Part shown: positions 8,885 through 17,057 of the stretch, in pieces | Numbering within the stretch: the first letter of the stretch is position 1 | Layout: each line of letters opens with the position of its first letter | Source of the DNA: an uncultured Phycisphaerales bacterium | GTDB taxonomy: Bacteria > Planctomycetota > Phycisphaerae > WQYP01 | Length of the DNA: 64,000 bases | Assembly: GCA_903845195.1 (NCBI GenBank) | Contig: CAIMWO010000057.1 | Location: forward strand, 9,186-73,185 | Reading direction: 5' to 3' | The notes under the pieces: model-generated | Database searches by the model: none | What the model saw: only the letters and a program-made list of their open reading frames with translations | What the model was told of the DNA's origin: nothing | Position numbers and translations under genes: made by a program

Positions 8885-8945
8885 CCGAAAAGCATTCTTG
8901 CTCCGTCACGGACCACGGCTCACGATCCACGGCCCACGAGCGATG

Positions 8946-9401
8946 CTATTGCGTCTTGCCGCCCGGCTCACTCCGCGGCGCGGTGAGCTCCACCGGAAAC
9001 GCCCGCCCCGTCCCGCGCGGCCGCGTCTTGCGCCAGACTACGAACAAGATCGCCGAGAACACGATGATCAGAAACCACCAAGGGGCGCCCAGCCGGGTGG
9101 AGGTGTGCGTCATATTATGCCGATCGGAATACCGAAACCCCAGAAAGGAATTGACACCGCGATAGTCCGGCCAGAACTGGGCGTAGGTTTGCGGCTCAAT
9201 TTGGCACCACCACCCGTCAGGCTCTCCCGTATTGGTGCCCCACTGCACATCGGCAGATCCCCACCAAGATTCGCACATGACAAAGCGGCCGTGATGGCCA
9301 TACCCGATCCACGTCGAGTGCGACCGGCTCCATCCCCACGCGCCGAGGCACAGAAGAATCGGCACCATGAAGAAGCTACGGATGATCCAACGTCGAAGCA
9401 T
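8946..9401 (-). CDS. Small two-TM protein, paralogue family copy 2
   Basis: 151 aa: MLRRWIIRSFFMVPILLCLGAWGWS...PWWFLIIVFSAILFVVWRKTRPRGTGRAFPVELTAPRSEPGGKTQ. Both ends are near-identical to copies 3 and 4. Confidence 0.7.
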   Translation of the reverse strand: MLRRWIIRSFFMVPILLCLGAWGWSRSHSTWIGYGHHGRFVMCESWWGSADVQWGTNTGEPDGWWCQIEPQTYAQFWPDYRGVNSFLGFRYSDRHNMTHTSTRLGAPWWFLIIVFSAILFVVWRKTRPRGTGRAFPVELTAPRSEPGGKTQ

Positions 9402-9477
9402 GGCGGCATCTTACTGCGCCACCCAACCGAGAGACACTCGCCCCTCCGCCATCACTCCCCCCGCACCGCGACCGGCG

Positions 9478-9921
9478 CTATTGCGTCTTGCCGCTAGGCT
9501 CACTCTGCGGCGCGGTGAGCTCCACCGGAAACGCCCGCCCCGGCCCGCGCGGCCGCGTCTTGCGCCAGACCACGTACAAGATCAAAGAGAATACGACGAT
9601 CAGAAACCACCAGGGGGCCTTCAGCAGGTGCAAGGTTTGCGTCGTAATACGCCCATGGAAATACCGAAACCCCCAAAAGAAATCGACCGGCCAGAAATGG
9701 GCCTGGAGTTGCAGCACAGTTCGACACAACCACCCGTCAGGCTCTCCTGTATCGATTCCCCACTTCACACCGATAGTTCCCCACAAAGATGTGCACGCGA
9801 CAAAGCGGCCGTGATGACAATATTCAACCAAAATCAAGTGCGACCGGCTCCATCCCCATGCGCAGAGGCACAGCAGAATCGGCAGCATGAAGAAGCTACG
9901 GATGATCCAACGTCGAAGCAT
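9478..9921 (-). CDS. Small two-TM protein, paralogue family copy 3
   Basis: 147 aa with the same N- and C-terminal modules and a divergent middle segment. Confidence 0.7.
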   Translation of the reverse strand: MLRRWIIRSFFMLPILLCLCAWGWSRSHLILVEYCHHGRFVACTSLWGTIGVKWGIDTGEPDGWLCRTVLQLQAHFWPVDFFWGFRYFHGRITTQTLHLLKAPWWFLIVVFSLILYVVWRKTRPRGPGRAFPVELTAPQSEPSGKTQ

Positions 9922-9971
9922 TGCCGTATCTTACTGCGCCACCCAACCGGGAGACACTCGCCCCTCCGCCC

Positions 9972-10025
9972 TCACGGCCCACGGTCCACGGACCACTGAC
10001 CACTGACCACTGACCACGAACCACG
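9972..10025. repeat. Heptamer tandem tract, CCACGGN/CCACTGA family
   Basis: cacggcccacggtccacggaccactgaccactgaccactgaccacgaaccacg. Related tracts are at 8907-8940, 10528-10563 and 56017-56052. Confidence 0.8.
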
Positions 10026-10478
10026 CTATTGCGTCTTGCCGTCCGGCTCACTCCGCGGCGCGGTGAGTTCCACCGGAAACGCCCGCCCCGTCCCGCGCGG
10101 CCGCGTCTTGCGCCAGACCACGTACAAGATCGCCGAGAACACGATGATCAGAAACCACCAAGGGAACTCCAGCAAGGTCGAGGTGTGCGTCTCAGTACGC
10201 TCATAAAAATAATGAAACCCCGGAAAAGTAGTACCGCGATAGGCCGGCCAGAAACGGGGATGGTCTGCCGGCCAAGTATGGCACCACCACTCGTCAGGCT
10301 GTCCGTGACTGGTTCCCCACCGCACGTCGACAATTCCCCGCGCAGAATAGTACGAGACAAAGCGCTCGTGATGACAATACCCGATCCGCATCCAGTGCGA
10401 GCGGCTCCATCCCCACGCGCCGAGGCAGAGCAGAATCGGCACGATGAAGAAGCTACGGATGATCCAACGTCGAAGCAT
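10026..10478 (-). CDS. Small two-TM protein, paralogue family copy 4
   Basis: 150 aa with the same modules. The 3' end of about 137 nt differs from copy 2 at about 4 positions by hand count. Confidence 0.7.
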   Translation of the reverse strand: MLRRWIIRSFFIVPILLCLGAWGWSRSHWMRIGYCHHERFVSYYSARGIVDVRWGTSHGQPDEWWCHTWPADHPRFWPAYRGTTFPGFHYFYERTETHTSTLLEFPWWFLIIVFSAILYVVWRKTRPRGTGRAFPVELTAPRSEPDGKTQ

Positions 10479-10527
10479 GGAGGCATCTTACTGCGCCACC
10501 GAATCGGGAGACACTGGCCTCTCCGCT

Positions 10528-10617
10528 CTCACGGCCCACGGCTCACGAACCACGACCCACGATCTTCTTGCTTCTTGCTTCTTGCTTCTTGCTTCCACCT
10601 TCTAACTTCTAACTTCC
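10528..10617. repeat. Three abutting heptamer tracts (CCACGNN, CTTCTTG, CTTCTAA)
   Basis: cacggcccacggctcacgaaccacgacccacg, then (cttcttg)x4, then (cttctaa)x2, just upstream of dapA. Confidence 0.8.
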
Positions 10618-10671
10618 AGTCCCCGTCCGTGATACAATGGGACTCTGTTCGATTTTACAGGAGCGGCAGAC

Positions 10672-11565
10672 ATGTTTCGTGGTTCGATTACGGCGCTGGT
10701 CACACCCTTTAAGAACGGCAAGTTTGACCGGGCGACATTTGAGAAGCAGATCGGGTACCAGGCGGAGAATGGGACCAACGGGATCGTGCCGGTGGGGACG
10801 ACCGGGGAGTCGCCGACGCTGAGCCATGCGGAGCACCATGAGGTGATCGAGGTGGCGGTGAAGGCGGCGAAGGGGACGGGGATGAAGGTGATCGCCGGGA
10901 CGGGCTCGAACGCCACGGACGAGGCGTTGGATTTGACGGTATTCGCCAAGAAGGTGGGCGCCGACGGCGTGCTGCAGGTGGTGCCGTATTACAACAAGCC
11001 GACGCAGGAAGGGCTGTACCGGCACTTCAAGGCGATTGCGGGTGCGGCGGACATTCCGGTGGTGCTGTACAACATTCCCGGGCGCACGGGCATCACGATG
11101 AGCAACGCGACGGTGGCGCGGCTGGCGAAGGATTGCCGGAACATCGTAGGCATGAAGGAAGCGACGGGGAGCCTGGATAGCGCCAGCGAGTTGTGCCGCA
11201 CGATCGGCAATGGATTTGTGGTGCTGTCGGGCGATGATTCGCTGACGGTGCCTATGATGAGTGTCGGTGCGGTGGGCGTGATCAGCGTGGCGACGAACAT
11301 CATTCCGAAGCAGATTCGGCAGATGGTCGATGCGGCGCTGGCGAATGATTTTGCGGCGGCGCGGGCGATTCATCACCGGTATTCGGATCTGATGAAGGCG
11401 TTGTTCGTCGAAGGCAACCCGATGGGCGTGAAGACGGCGATGCAGATTCTGGGCCGCGATACGGGCGAGATGCGCTTGCCGCTGTGCGAAGTGAGTAGTG
11501 CGGCGTGCGGGACGATACGGGCCGCTTTGTTTAATGTGGGATTGATTGAGGATGGCAGGGCGTGA
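10672..11565 (+). CDS. dapA: 4-hydroxy-tetrahydrodipicolinate synthase
   Basis: 297 aa. GSITALVTPF, GIVPVGTTGESPTLS and YNIPGRTG are DapA hallmarks. Confidence 0.95.
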   Translation: MFRGSITALVTPFKNGKFDRATFEKQIGYQAENGTNGIVPVGTTGESPTLSHAEHHEVIEVAVKAAKGTGMKVIAGTGSNATDEALDLTVFAKKVGADGVLQVVPYYNKPTQEGLYRHFKAIAGAADIPVVLYNIPGRTGITMSNATVARLAKDCRNIVGMKEATGSLDSASELCRTIGNGFVVLSGDDSLTVPMMSVGAVGVISVATNIIPKQIRQMVDAALANDFAAARAIHHRYSDLMKALFVEGNPMGVKTAMQILGRDTGEMRLPLCEVSSAACGTIRAALFNVGLIEDGRA

Positions 11566-12200
11566 TGAGAATTCAGAATTCAGAATTTAGAATTCAGAAT
11601 GCTGCTGGGTGGGGGCGGTGTGCGGTTTTTGCGGTGCTGATCGGGGTGATTGGGGGGTGTCAGGGATTGGAGAAGAAGCCGGCGGGGGGTGTGGCGACGC
11701 AGGAGGTGACGGGCGAGGGGGTGAGTGCGACGGAATTGCGGGATGTGCTGGCGGATCTGGGGCGGGCGCATGGGCAGAAGGTGCAGTTGGCGTGGTGGGT
11801 GAGTACGCCGCTGCGGCCGGTGAGTCCGCAGTTCGTGAAGTTTTACGAGAACATGGGAGTGCAGCAAAAAGAACTGCAGACGGAGTTGAAGGGGTGGGCC
11901 AAGACGCACCAGGTGGATCTGACGTTTCACTATACGTCGGATGTCTACAGCGAAGGGCAACGCATCATGGAGCAGCGCCAGGAGAAGATGGTGCGGGATG
12001 ATGACCAGCCAAATTTTGAGCGGGACAATTTGATGCAGATGCATCAGGATTACGAGTGGCAGGTGAGCCTGATCAGGGCGCTGCTTCCGAGCGTGAAGGA
12101 GGCGGGGCTGAAGGCGTATCTGGAAAAGAGCCTGGCGGTGCATGAGGCGGGGTCGAAGGAGATCGTGGGGCTGCTGCGGGGATTTAAGTTTCAGAAGTAG
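11562..12200 (+). CDS. Putative lipoprotein, DUF4142-like (tentative)
   Basis: Start overlaps the dapA stop. Lipobox-like VIGGC. The C-terminal FERDNLMQMHQDYEWQVSL...LKAYLEKSL resembles the DUF4142 pattern. The first codons lie in an AATTCAG heptamer tract, so the true start is uncertain. Confidence 0.45.
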   Translation: MMRIQNSEFRIQNAAGWGRCAVFAVLIGVIGGCQGLEKKPAGGVATQEVTGEGVSATELRDVLADLGRAHGQKVQLAWWVSTPLRPVSPQFVKFYENMGVQQKELQTELKGWAKTHQVDLTFHYTSDVYSEGQRIMEQRQEKMVRDDDQPNFERDNLMQMHQDYEWQVSLIRALLPSVKEAGLKAYLEKSLAVHEAGSKEIVGLLRGFKFQK

Positions 12201-12205
12201 GCGGG

Positions 12206-12241
12206 GGAGTTTTTTACCACCAAGACACCAAGACACCAAGG
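12206..12241. repeat. GGAGTTTTTTACCACCAAGACACCAAGACACCAAG element, copy A
   Basis: An 8-nt-period CACCAAGA tract preceded by GGAG+T6. A near-identical direct copy lies at 14238-14273. Confidence 0.8.
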
Positions 12242-12272
12242 TTATTACTGGTGACGGAGTGTCGGGGGGGGG

Positions 12273-13004
12273 TTACGGGGTGAGGCGAGAGGCTTGCAGG
12301 GCGTGCCAGCGAAGAAGGGTAACGGGCATACCCAGCCACATTGAATTGTTTCCAGGATGAAGGACGATGACACGCAGGATGGTGGGATCGGCTTCGATCC
12401 AGTCGCCCTGACCAGCGTAGGCGATGACGTGAGAACCATCGGCAGTGACGGCGACGTCGCCGGGTTGAAATGTGGCGGCATCAATCTCTCTTATAGATGG
12501 TATCGAGGCGATGCGCACGAAACGACCGTCATAGCCGGTGGGCATATCGCGGGCGGCGACATCGTTCCACCAGAGCCAAAGTGATTCGCGGAGGAGAGCG
12601 GGATTGGCACTGCGGCAGGCCTCCGAGAAGCAGGCATCCATCATGCCTGCGCGGATCAGCCCCGAGCAATCAATGCCGAAATGATTCTCACCGCCCCAGA
12701 CGTAGCGGGTGTTTCTGTAATTAAGAAGGGAATGAATATAGGCGTTGCGAAGTGCGTTGGGGTCATGAACGCGGCCTGGGAGGAACACGATGGTCATTGA
12801 GGCGAGGAGTGCACACACAAGGCCGATACGAAATAATCGGCGCTTCCAGGCCACGATGAGGAGGAGGGAAAGGATCGTGGCCACGGTGAGGACGATGACG
12901 GGGCGCGTGATGCCGCTGCGGACGGGATAAATCAAGAGAAGGATCGCGAAGATACTGAGTGCGATGAGAAGGCGCATGGCGGCGCGGTATTTGGTGCGAG
13001 TCAT
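12273..13004 (-). CDS. NlpC/P60 (C40) family peptidase with N-terminal TM helices
   Basis: YVWGGENHFGIDCSGLIR catalytic-Cys motif, plus three predicted TM segments. I moved the start to the ATG at 13004 (MTRTKY), because the longer ORF overlaps the GH43 gene and is P/S/T-rich. Confidence 0.75.
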   Translation of the reverse strand: MTRTKYRAAMRLLIALSIFAILLLIYPVRSGITRPVIVLTVATILSLLLIVAWKRRLFRIGLVCALLASMTIVFLPGRVHDPNALRNAYIHSLLNYRNTRYVWGGENHFGIDCSGLIRAGMMDACFSEACRSANPALLRESLWLWWNDVAARDMPTGYDGRFVRIASIPSIREIDAATFQPGDVAVTADGSHVIAYAGQGDWIEADPTILRVIVLHPGNNSMWLGMPVTLLRWHALQASRLTP

Positions 13005-13041
13005 TTGCTGTTCCGAAATAACGTGGCTGTAACGCCTTGTT

Positions 13042-14139
13042 TCAGCGGTCGGTGAAGTAGGAGAGGTCCCAGGAGTTGAACCATTCGATGTGGGGGGTGT
13101 CGGCGGTGAAGTCGATGGGGAGCCAGAGGTAGCGGCCGTCGATGGCGTTCTTGGGTTGCCAGCGGTCGGCGAGGAAGATGTAGGCGTCGGGGATGCCGGG
13201 GACGGGTAGGACGTGGGTGGCTTGGCCGTCGAAGGTGAGTTCGGCATTGGGGCCGATGCAGGGGTTGCCGAGTTCGGTCCAGGGTCCCCAGATGGAATCG
13301 GCGACGGCGGAGCGGGCGGCGTTGGGGTCCCAGCCGGTGCAGCCGGAGGAGAGCAGGTAGTACTTGCCGTTGCGTTTGAAGAGTGCGGGGGCTTCGTTGA
13401 ATTGGCCGGGGAAGAAGCGGGCGTATTTGCCGGAGGGGCGGAGGTAATCGGCGGTGAGCTGCGAGATGTGGAGGACGCCGTTGTCTTCGGAGGCGTGGAT
13501 GTGATAGGCGGCGCCGTCATCGTCGACGAAGAGGGTCATGTCGCGGGACATCTGGCCACCGGCGAAATCGCGGCGGAAGATCTGGTCGGTGGGATAACCG
13601 GGGGTGGGGCCGCCGTGGAGATTGAGTGCGGCGAGGGTGGCCGATTCTTCGGGGGTGAGGGGCTTCTTGAGTTCGTCGGGGACATTGATGGGCCAATGGC
13701 CGGCGTTGGGGCGGAAGGATTCGAGGAATTTGTACGGGCCGGTGGGGGTGTCGCTGATGGCGGTGGCGGTGCGTGCGGCCTTGTAACTCTGGCCGGCGAG
13801 TTCGAGGTGGAACCACATGACGAACTTGCCGGTGGCGGCGCAGTGGATGACCTTGGGGCGTTCGATGACGTTGCCTTTGACGATGTCGCTGGCGGGATCG
13901 TCGGAGACGGCCAGGGCGATGCCTTCATCTTTCCAGTTGTAGAGGTCGGTGGAGGAGTAGCAGTGGACGCCGACGTGTGCGGCGTTGCCGGCGGTGCCTT
14001 CGATTTTGTGTTCGCCGAACCAATAGTAGGTGCCTTCGTGGAGGAGGATGCCGCCGCCGTGGGCGTTGATGTGTACGCCGTTGTTGTCGGGCCAGAGTTC
14101 ACCGGGGTAGAAGGTGTCGAGGGCGGCAATTGTGGTCAC
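13042..14139 (-). CDS. Glycoside hydrolase family 43-like protein
   Basis: DNNGVHINAHGGGILLHEGTYYWFGEHK, VIERPKVI and DDDGAAYHI resemble five-bladed-propeller GH43 proteins. A GTG start at 14139 has AAGGAG 7 nt upstream. The upstream extension is a repeat tract. Confidence 0.7.
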   Translation of the reverse strand: MTTIAALDTFYPGELWPDNNGVHINAHGGGILLHEGTYYWFGEHKIEGTAGNAAHVGVHCYSSTDLYNWKDEGIALAVSDDPASDIVKGNVIERPKVIHCAATGKFVMWFHLELAGQSYKAARTATAISDTPTGPYKFLESFRPNAGHWPINVPDELKKPLTPEESATLAALNLHGGPTPGYPTDQIFRRDFAGGQMSRDMTLFVDDDGAAYHIHASEDNGVLHISQLTADYLRPSGKYARFFPGQFNEAPALFKRNGKYYLLSSGCTGWDPNAARSAVADSIWGPWTELGNPCIGPNAELTFDGQATHVLPVPGIPDAYIFLADRWQPKNAIDGRYLWLPIDFTADTPHIEWFNSWDLSYFTDR

Positions 14140-14237
14140 GTAAAGCTCCTTGTGGAATTTCAAAGACAGAGTGTCGAGGTTTGAGAGGGAAGTATCAAGG
14201 GGATATAAGCGAATTCGGCGCGGGTTCGGAAATGAGT

Positions 14238-14302
14238 GGAGTTTTTTTACCACCAAGGCACCAAGACACCAAGAATTTTCAATTATCAATTTTCAATTTT
14301 CG
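14238..14302. repeat. GGAGTTTTTTTACCACCAAGGCACCAAGACACCAAG element (copy B) plus a TCAATTT heptamer tract
   Basis: Direct repeat of 12206-12241 with one indel and one substitution, followed by ttcaattatcaattttcaattttc. Confidence 0.8.
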
Positions 14303-15569
14303 AAAAATTGGGGGTGGCCGTGGGTTGGAGGGGGGTGCGGCCGCGGTAGGCGATGAAGGATTGGACGAGGATGCCGAGGAGCATGACGGCGGTGACACTA
14401 ATGGCGATACGGGCGAGGGCGGCGGTGGAGAAATCGTTGCCGCCGGCGATGGCGCCGACGGCGGGTCCGATGGCGATGCCGGCGCCGATGAGGGCTTCGT
14501 GGACGCCGGCGTGTCCGCCGTGGCCGGAGGATACGTGCATGGCGTAATAGAGGCTGGAGGAGTAGACGAGAGCGGCGGAGAGGCCGAAGACGCCCTGGGC
14601 GAGGCCGAGGGTCCAGGGGTTGGAGTTGAGGAACATAAGGGCGAAGGAGAAGGTCAGGGCGATTTGCGAGCCAATGAGCCAGCGATTTTTGTAATGCCAG
14701 CCGGCCCATTTCCACGTGAGGCCGAAGCCGACGAAGCGCATGAAGCTCCAGATGGAGGTGACGAATGCGACGATGCGGAGGTCGGTGAAGCCGGCTTCGT
14801 TGGCGAGGCGCATCTGGACGGGGGTGACGACGTTGATGGCGACGTAGGCCAGGGTGTTGCCGATCCAGGCCATGATGAGGAGATTCTTGGCGCGGCGGCG
14901 GATGGCGGGATCGTCGACGTCGTGCTCGCCACCGGATTCCTCGGGGACATGGTCGGCGCTGATCATGGCGGCGGGGATGGCGCGGGTGGCGAAGATCAGC
15001 AGGGCCAGGGCCGAGGCGATGGCCGGGGCGATGAAGATCATGGACCAATCGAGGTGTTCGAGCGTGCCGCGGGTGAAGAGGGCGGCGAAACCGGCGGAGC
15101 CCCAGGAGAGGTTATAGATGGCCATACGCGTGCTGAGGCGCATTTTGGCGGGGGAACGGGTGATGGCGGATTCGAGGGCGGGCCAGATCATGGTGCTGGT
15201 GATGTTCATGGGAAGCATGACGGCCAGGAGGATCCAGATGCTGTGCATGTGGATGGCGATGAGGGCCAGAAGGGTGGTGGCGATGCAGCCGGCGATCATG
15301 GTGCCGACGACGCGGCGTGGGCCGAGCTTTTCGGAAAGCCGGCCGGCGCCCAGGGCGATGAAGATGTAGGCGAATCCCCAGGCGGCGCTGAGCCAGAGGC
15401 GCGCGGCGGGCGTGACGTGGAGGATTTCGTCGGCGTAGTCGTAGCAACCGGCGCAGAAGAGCGTGGCGGCGTAGGAGTTGAGAAATTCGATGATGTACCA
15501 GGGGAGAAGCGTGCGGCGGCCGGAGAGATGCGGTTGCATTGGGTCGGCGGTGGCGGGGGAGAGAGACAC
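14286..15569 (-). CDS. MFS transporter
   Basis: 427 aa with about 12 hydrophobic segments and a GAGRLSEKLGPRRV loop between TM2 and TM3, typical of MFS. An alternative start is the ATG at 15539. Confidence 0.8.
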   Translation of the reverse strand: MSLSPATADPMQPHLSGRRTLLPWYIIEFLNSYAATLFCAGCYDYADEILHVTPAARLWLSAAWGFAYIFIALGAGRLSEKLGPRRVVGTMIAGCIATTLLALIAIHMHSIWILLAVMLPMNITSTMIWPALESAITRSPAKMRLSTRMAIYNLSWGSAGFAALFTRGTLEHLDWSMIFIAPAIASALALLIFATRAIPAAMISADHVPEESGGEHDVDDPAIRRRAKNLLIMAWIGNTLAYVAINVVTPVQMRLANEAGFTDLRIVAFVTSIWSFMRFVGFGLTWKWAGWHYKNRWLIGSQIALTFSFALMFLNSNPWTLGLAQGVFGLSAALVYSSSLYYAMHVSSGHGGHAGVHEALIGAGIAIGPAVGAIAGGNDFSTAALARIAISVTAVMLLGILVQSFIAYRGRTPLQPTATPNFSKIEN

Positions 15570-15633
15570 GGAGACTCCGGGTAAGACAAGGGGGGAGTTT
15601 CGAGGTTAACGGGACAAGTTTCAAGTGAGGTCG

Positions 15634-15680
15634 CGCCAGCATGCTCAGCGGGGCCCCTGCCCCACTGAGCATGGCACCCG
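15634..15680. repeat. Palindromic hairpin element, intergenic copy
   Basis: cgccagc-ATGCTCAGCGGGGC-ccct-GCCCCACTGAGCAT-ggcacccg: a 14-bp stem with one mismatch. A second copy lies inside ileS at 19320-19370. Confidence 0.85.
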
Positions 15681-15703
15681 TGATCGTGGTTCTGCGGTGC
15701 ACT

Positions 15704-17032
15704 TCAAGGGAAGATGCCGCGCTGGATGTAGGCTTTGTTGATGTGGTCGATGGCGGTGACGTAGGCGGCGGTGGACATGTCGATGGAGAATTGCTGGGCG
15801 GCGAGGCGCACGCGGCGGGCGGCGTTGACGATCACTTTCTTGAGTTCGGCATCGACGCGGTCGAGTTCCCAGCGGACGCCGGCTTTGTTCTGCACCCATT
15901 CGAAATAGCTGACGGTGACGCCGCCGGAGTTGCAGAGGATGGCGGGCAGGTGGCCGATGTTGCGGTAGGCGATGATGGCGTCGGCCTCGGGGGTGCAGGG
16001 GCCGTTGCCGCCCTCGGCGAGGACTTTGCAGTCGAGCCATTCGGCGATCTGTTTGGTGATCATGCGTTCCATGGCGGCGGGGATGAAGACATCGACGGGC
16101 GTGCGGAAGAACGTTTCGCTGTCGATGGATTCCAGGCCGGACTGGTCGTAGCCTTTGATCGAGCCGGTCTTGGCGACGTGGTCGGCGAGTTCTTTGGCGC
16201 GGATGAAGCCATCGGCATGTTGGGAGCGGATGCCGCCGGTGTGGTCCATGACGGCAACGAGTTTGGCGCCGAGGGATTCGAGGACGGTGGCGGTGTGCGC
16301 GCCGACGTTGCCGAAGCCGAGGAGGCTGAAGCGCATGCCTTCGAAGTTGATGAGGAATTCGGGGAGGAGTTCCTGAAGGACGTAGACGATGCCCTGGCCG
16401 GTGGCCTTGTCGCGGCCTTCGGAGCCGCCGCAGGGGAGGCTTTTGCCGGTGACGACGTGCTTGAGGGCCTGACGTTCGGAGCCTTCGTGGGTGTTGAGGT
16501 AGGTGTCCATCATCCAGTCCATGATCTGGGAATTGGTGCCGACATCAGGGGCGGGGATGTCGTGATCCGGTCCGATGGTTTCGCCCAGGGCGGCGGTGAA
16601 GCGGCGGGTGAGGCGCATGAGTTCGTTGACGGAAAGTTCGCGAGGATTGACCTTGACGCCGCCTTTGGCGCCGCCGTAGGGGAGGCGCATGAGGGCGCAT
16701 TTCATGGTCATCCAGAGGGCCAGGGCCTTGCCGTCATCGAGGGACATTTCGGGGTGATAGCGCATGCCGCCCTTGTAGGGACCGAGGATGTTGTTGTGCT
16801 GGATGCGGTAGCCTTTGAAGATCTTGTAATGGCCATCATCCAATTGGACGGGGAAGTTGAAGATGAATTCGTTCTTGGGCTGGCCGAGGATGGCGCGGAC
16901 GTAGTCGGGGGCGTTGAGGACATCGCAGGCGCGATTGACGGCATCGACGGCCATGGCGAAGAGGGATTCAGGATCCTTGGGGGTGAGGGGTTCGGCGGGT
17001 GGGAGGTCGGTGGGTTGGGGGGTGATAGCCAT
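15704..17032 (-). CDS. gdhA: Glutamate dehydrogenase (Glu/Leu/Phe/Val dehydrogenase family)
   Basis: 442 aa. YKGGMRYHP, PYGGAKGGV and GFGNVG Rossmann motifs are present. GGAGAG lies upstream of the ATG. Confidence 0.9.
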   Translation of the reverse strand: MAITPQPTDLPPAEPLTPKDPESLFAMAVDAVNRACDVLNAPDYVRAILGQPKNEFIFNFPVQLDDGHYKIFKGYRIQHNNILGPYKGGMRYHPEMSLDDGKALALWMTMKCALMRLPYGGAKGGVKVNPRELSVNELMRLTRRFTAALGETIGPDHDIPAPDVGTNSQIMDWMMDTYLNTHEGSERQALKHVVTGKSLPCGGSEGRDKATGQGIVYVLQELLPEFLINFEGMRFSLLGFGNVGAHTATVLESLGAKLVAVMDHTGGIRSQHADGFIRAKELADHVAKTGSIKGYDQSGLESIDSETFFRTPVDVFIPAAMERMITKQIAEWLDCKVLAEGGNGPCTPEADAIIAYRNIGHLPAILCNSGGVTVSYFEWVQNKAGVRWELDRVDAELKKVIVNAARRVRLAAQQFSIDMSTAAYVTAIDHINKAYIQRGIFP

Positions 17033-17057
17033 GGGCGCTCTCCAATTGATCGAATCG

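Noticed and set aside
8387-8986. ORFs 8522..8986(+) and 8387..8875(-) as heptad-repeat proteins
   Set aside because: All three reading frames stay open only because of the 21-nt periodicity. The peptides are Cys/His/Arg/Met-rich with no start context. The plus-strand ORF runs antisense into the paralogue gene. I treat the region as non-coding, though translation is not formally excluded.
8898-10712. Plus-strand ORFs 8898..9497, 9367..9999 and 10029..10712 with repeated RKRPPRPARPRLAPD segments
   Set aside because: They are mirror-strand translations of the three minus-strand two-TM paralogues. They are Pro/Arg-rich low complexity, whereas the minus-strand frames give coherent TM proteins with conserved start contexts.
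13005-13520. N-terminal 172-codon extension of ORF 12273..13520
   Set aside because: It overlaps the 3' part of the GH43 gene in another frame and is P/S/T-rich. The NlpC/P60 protein starts sensibly at the ATG at 13004, directly before its TM segments.
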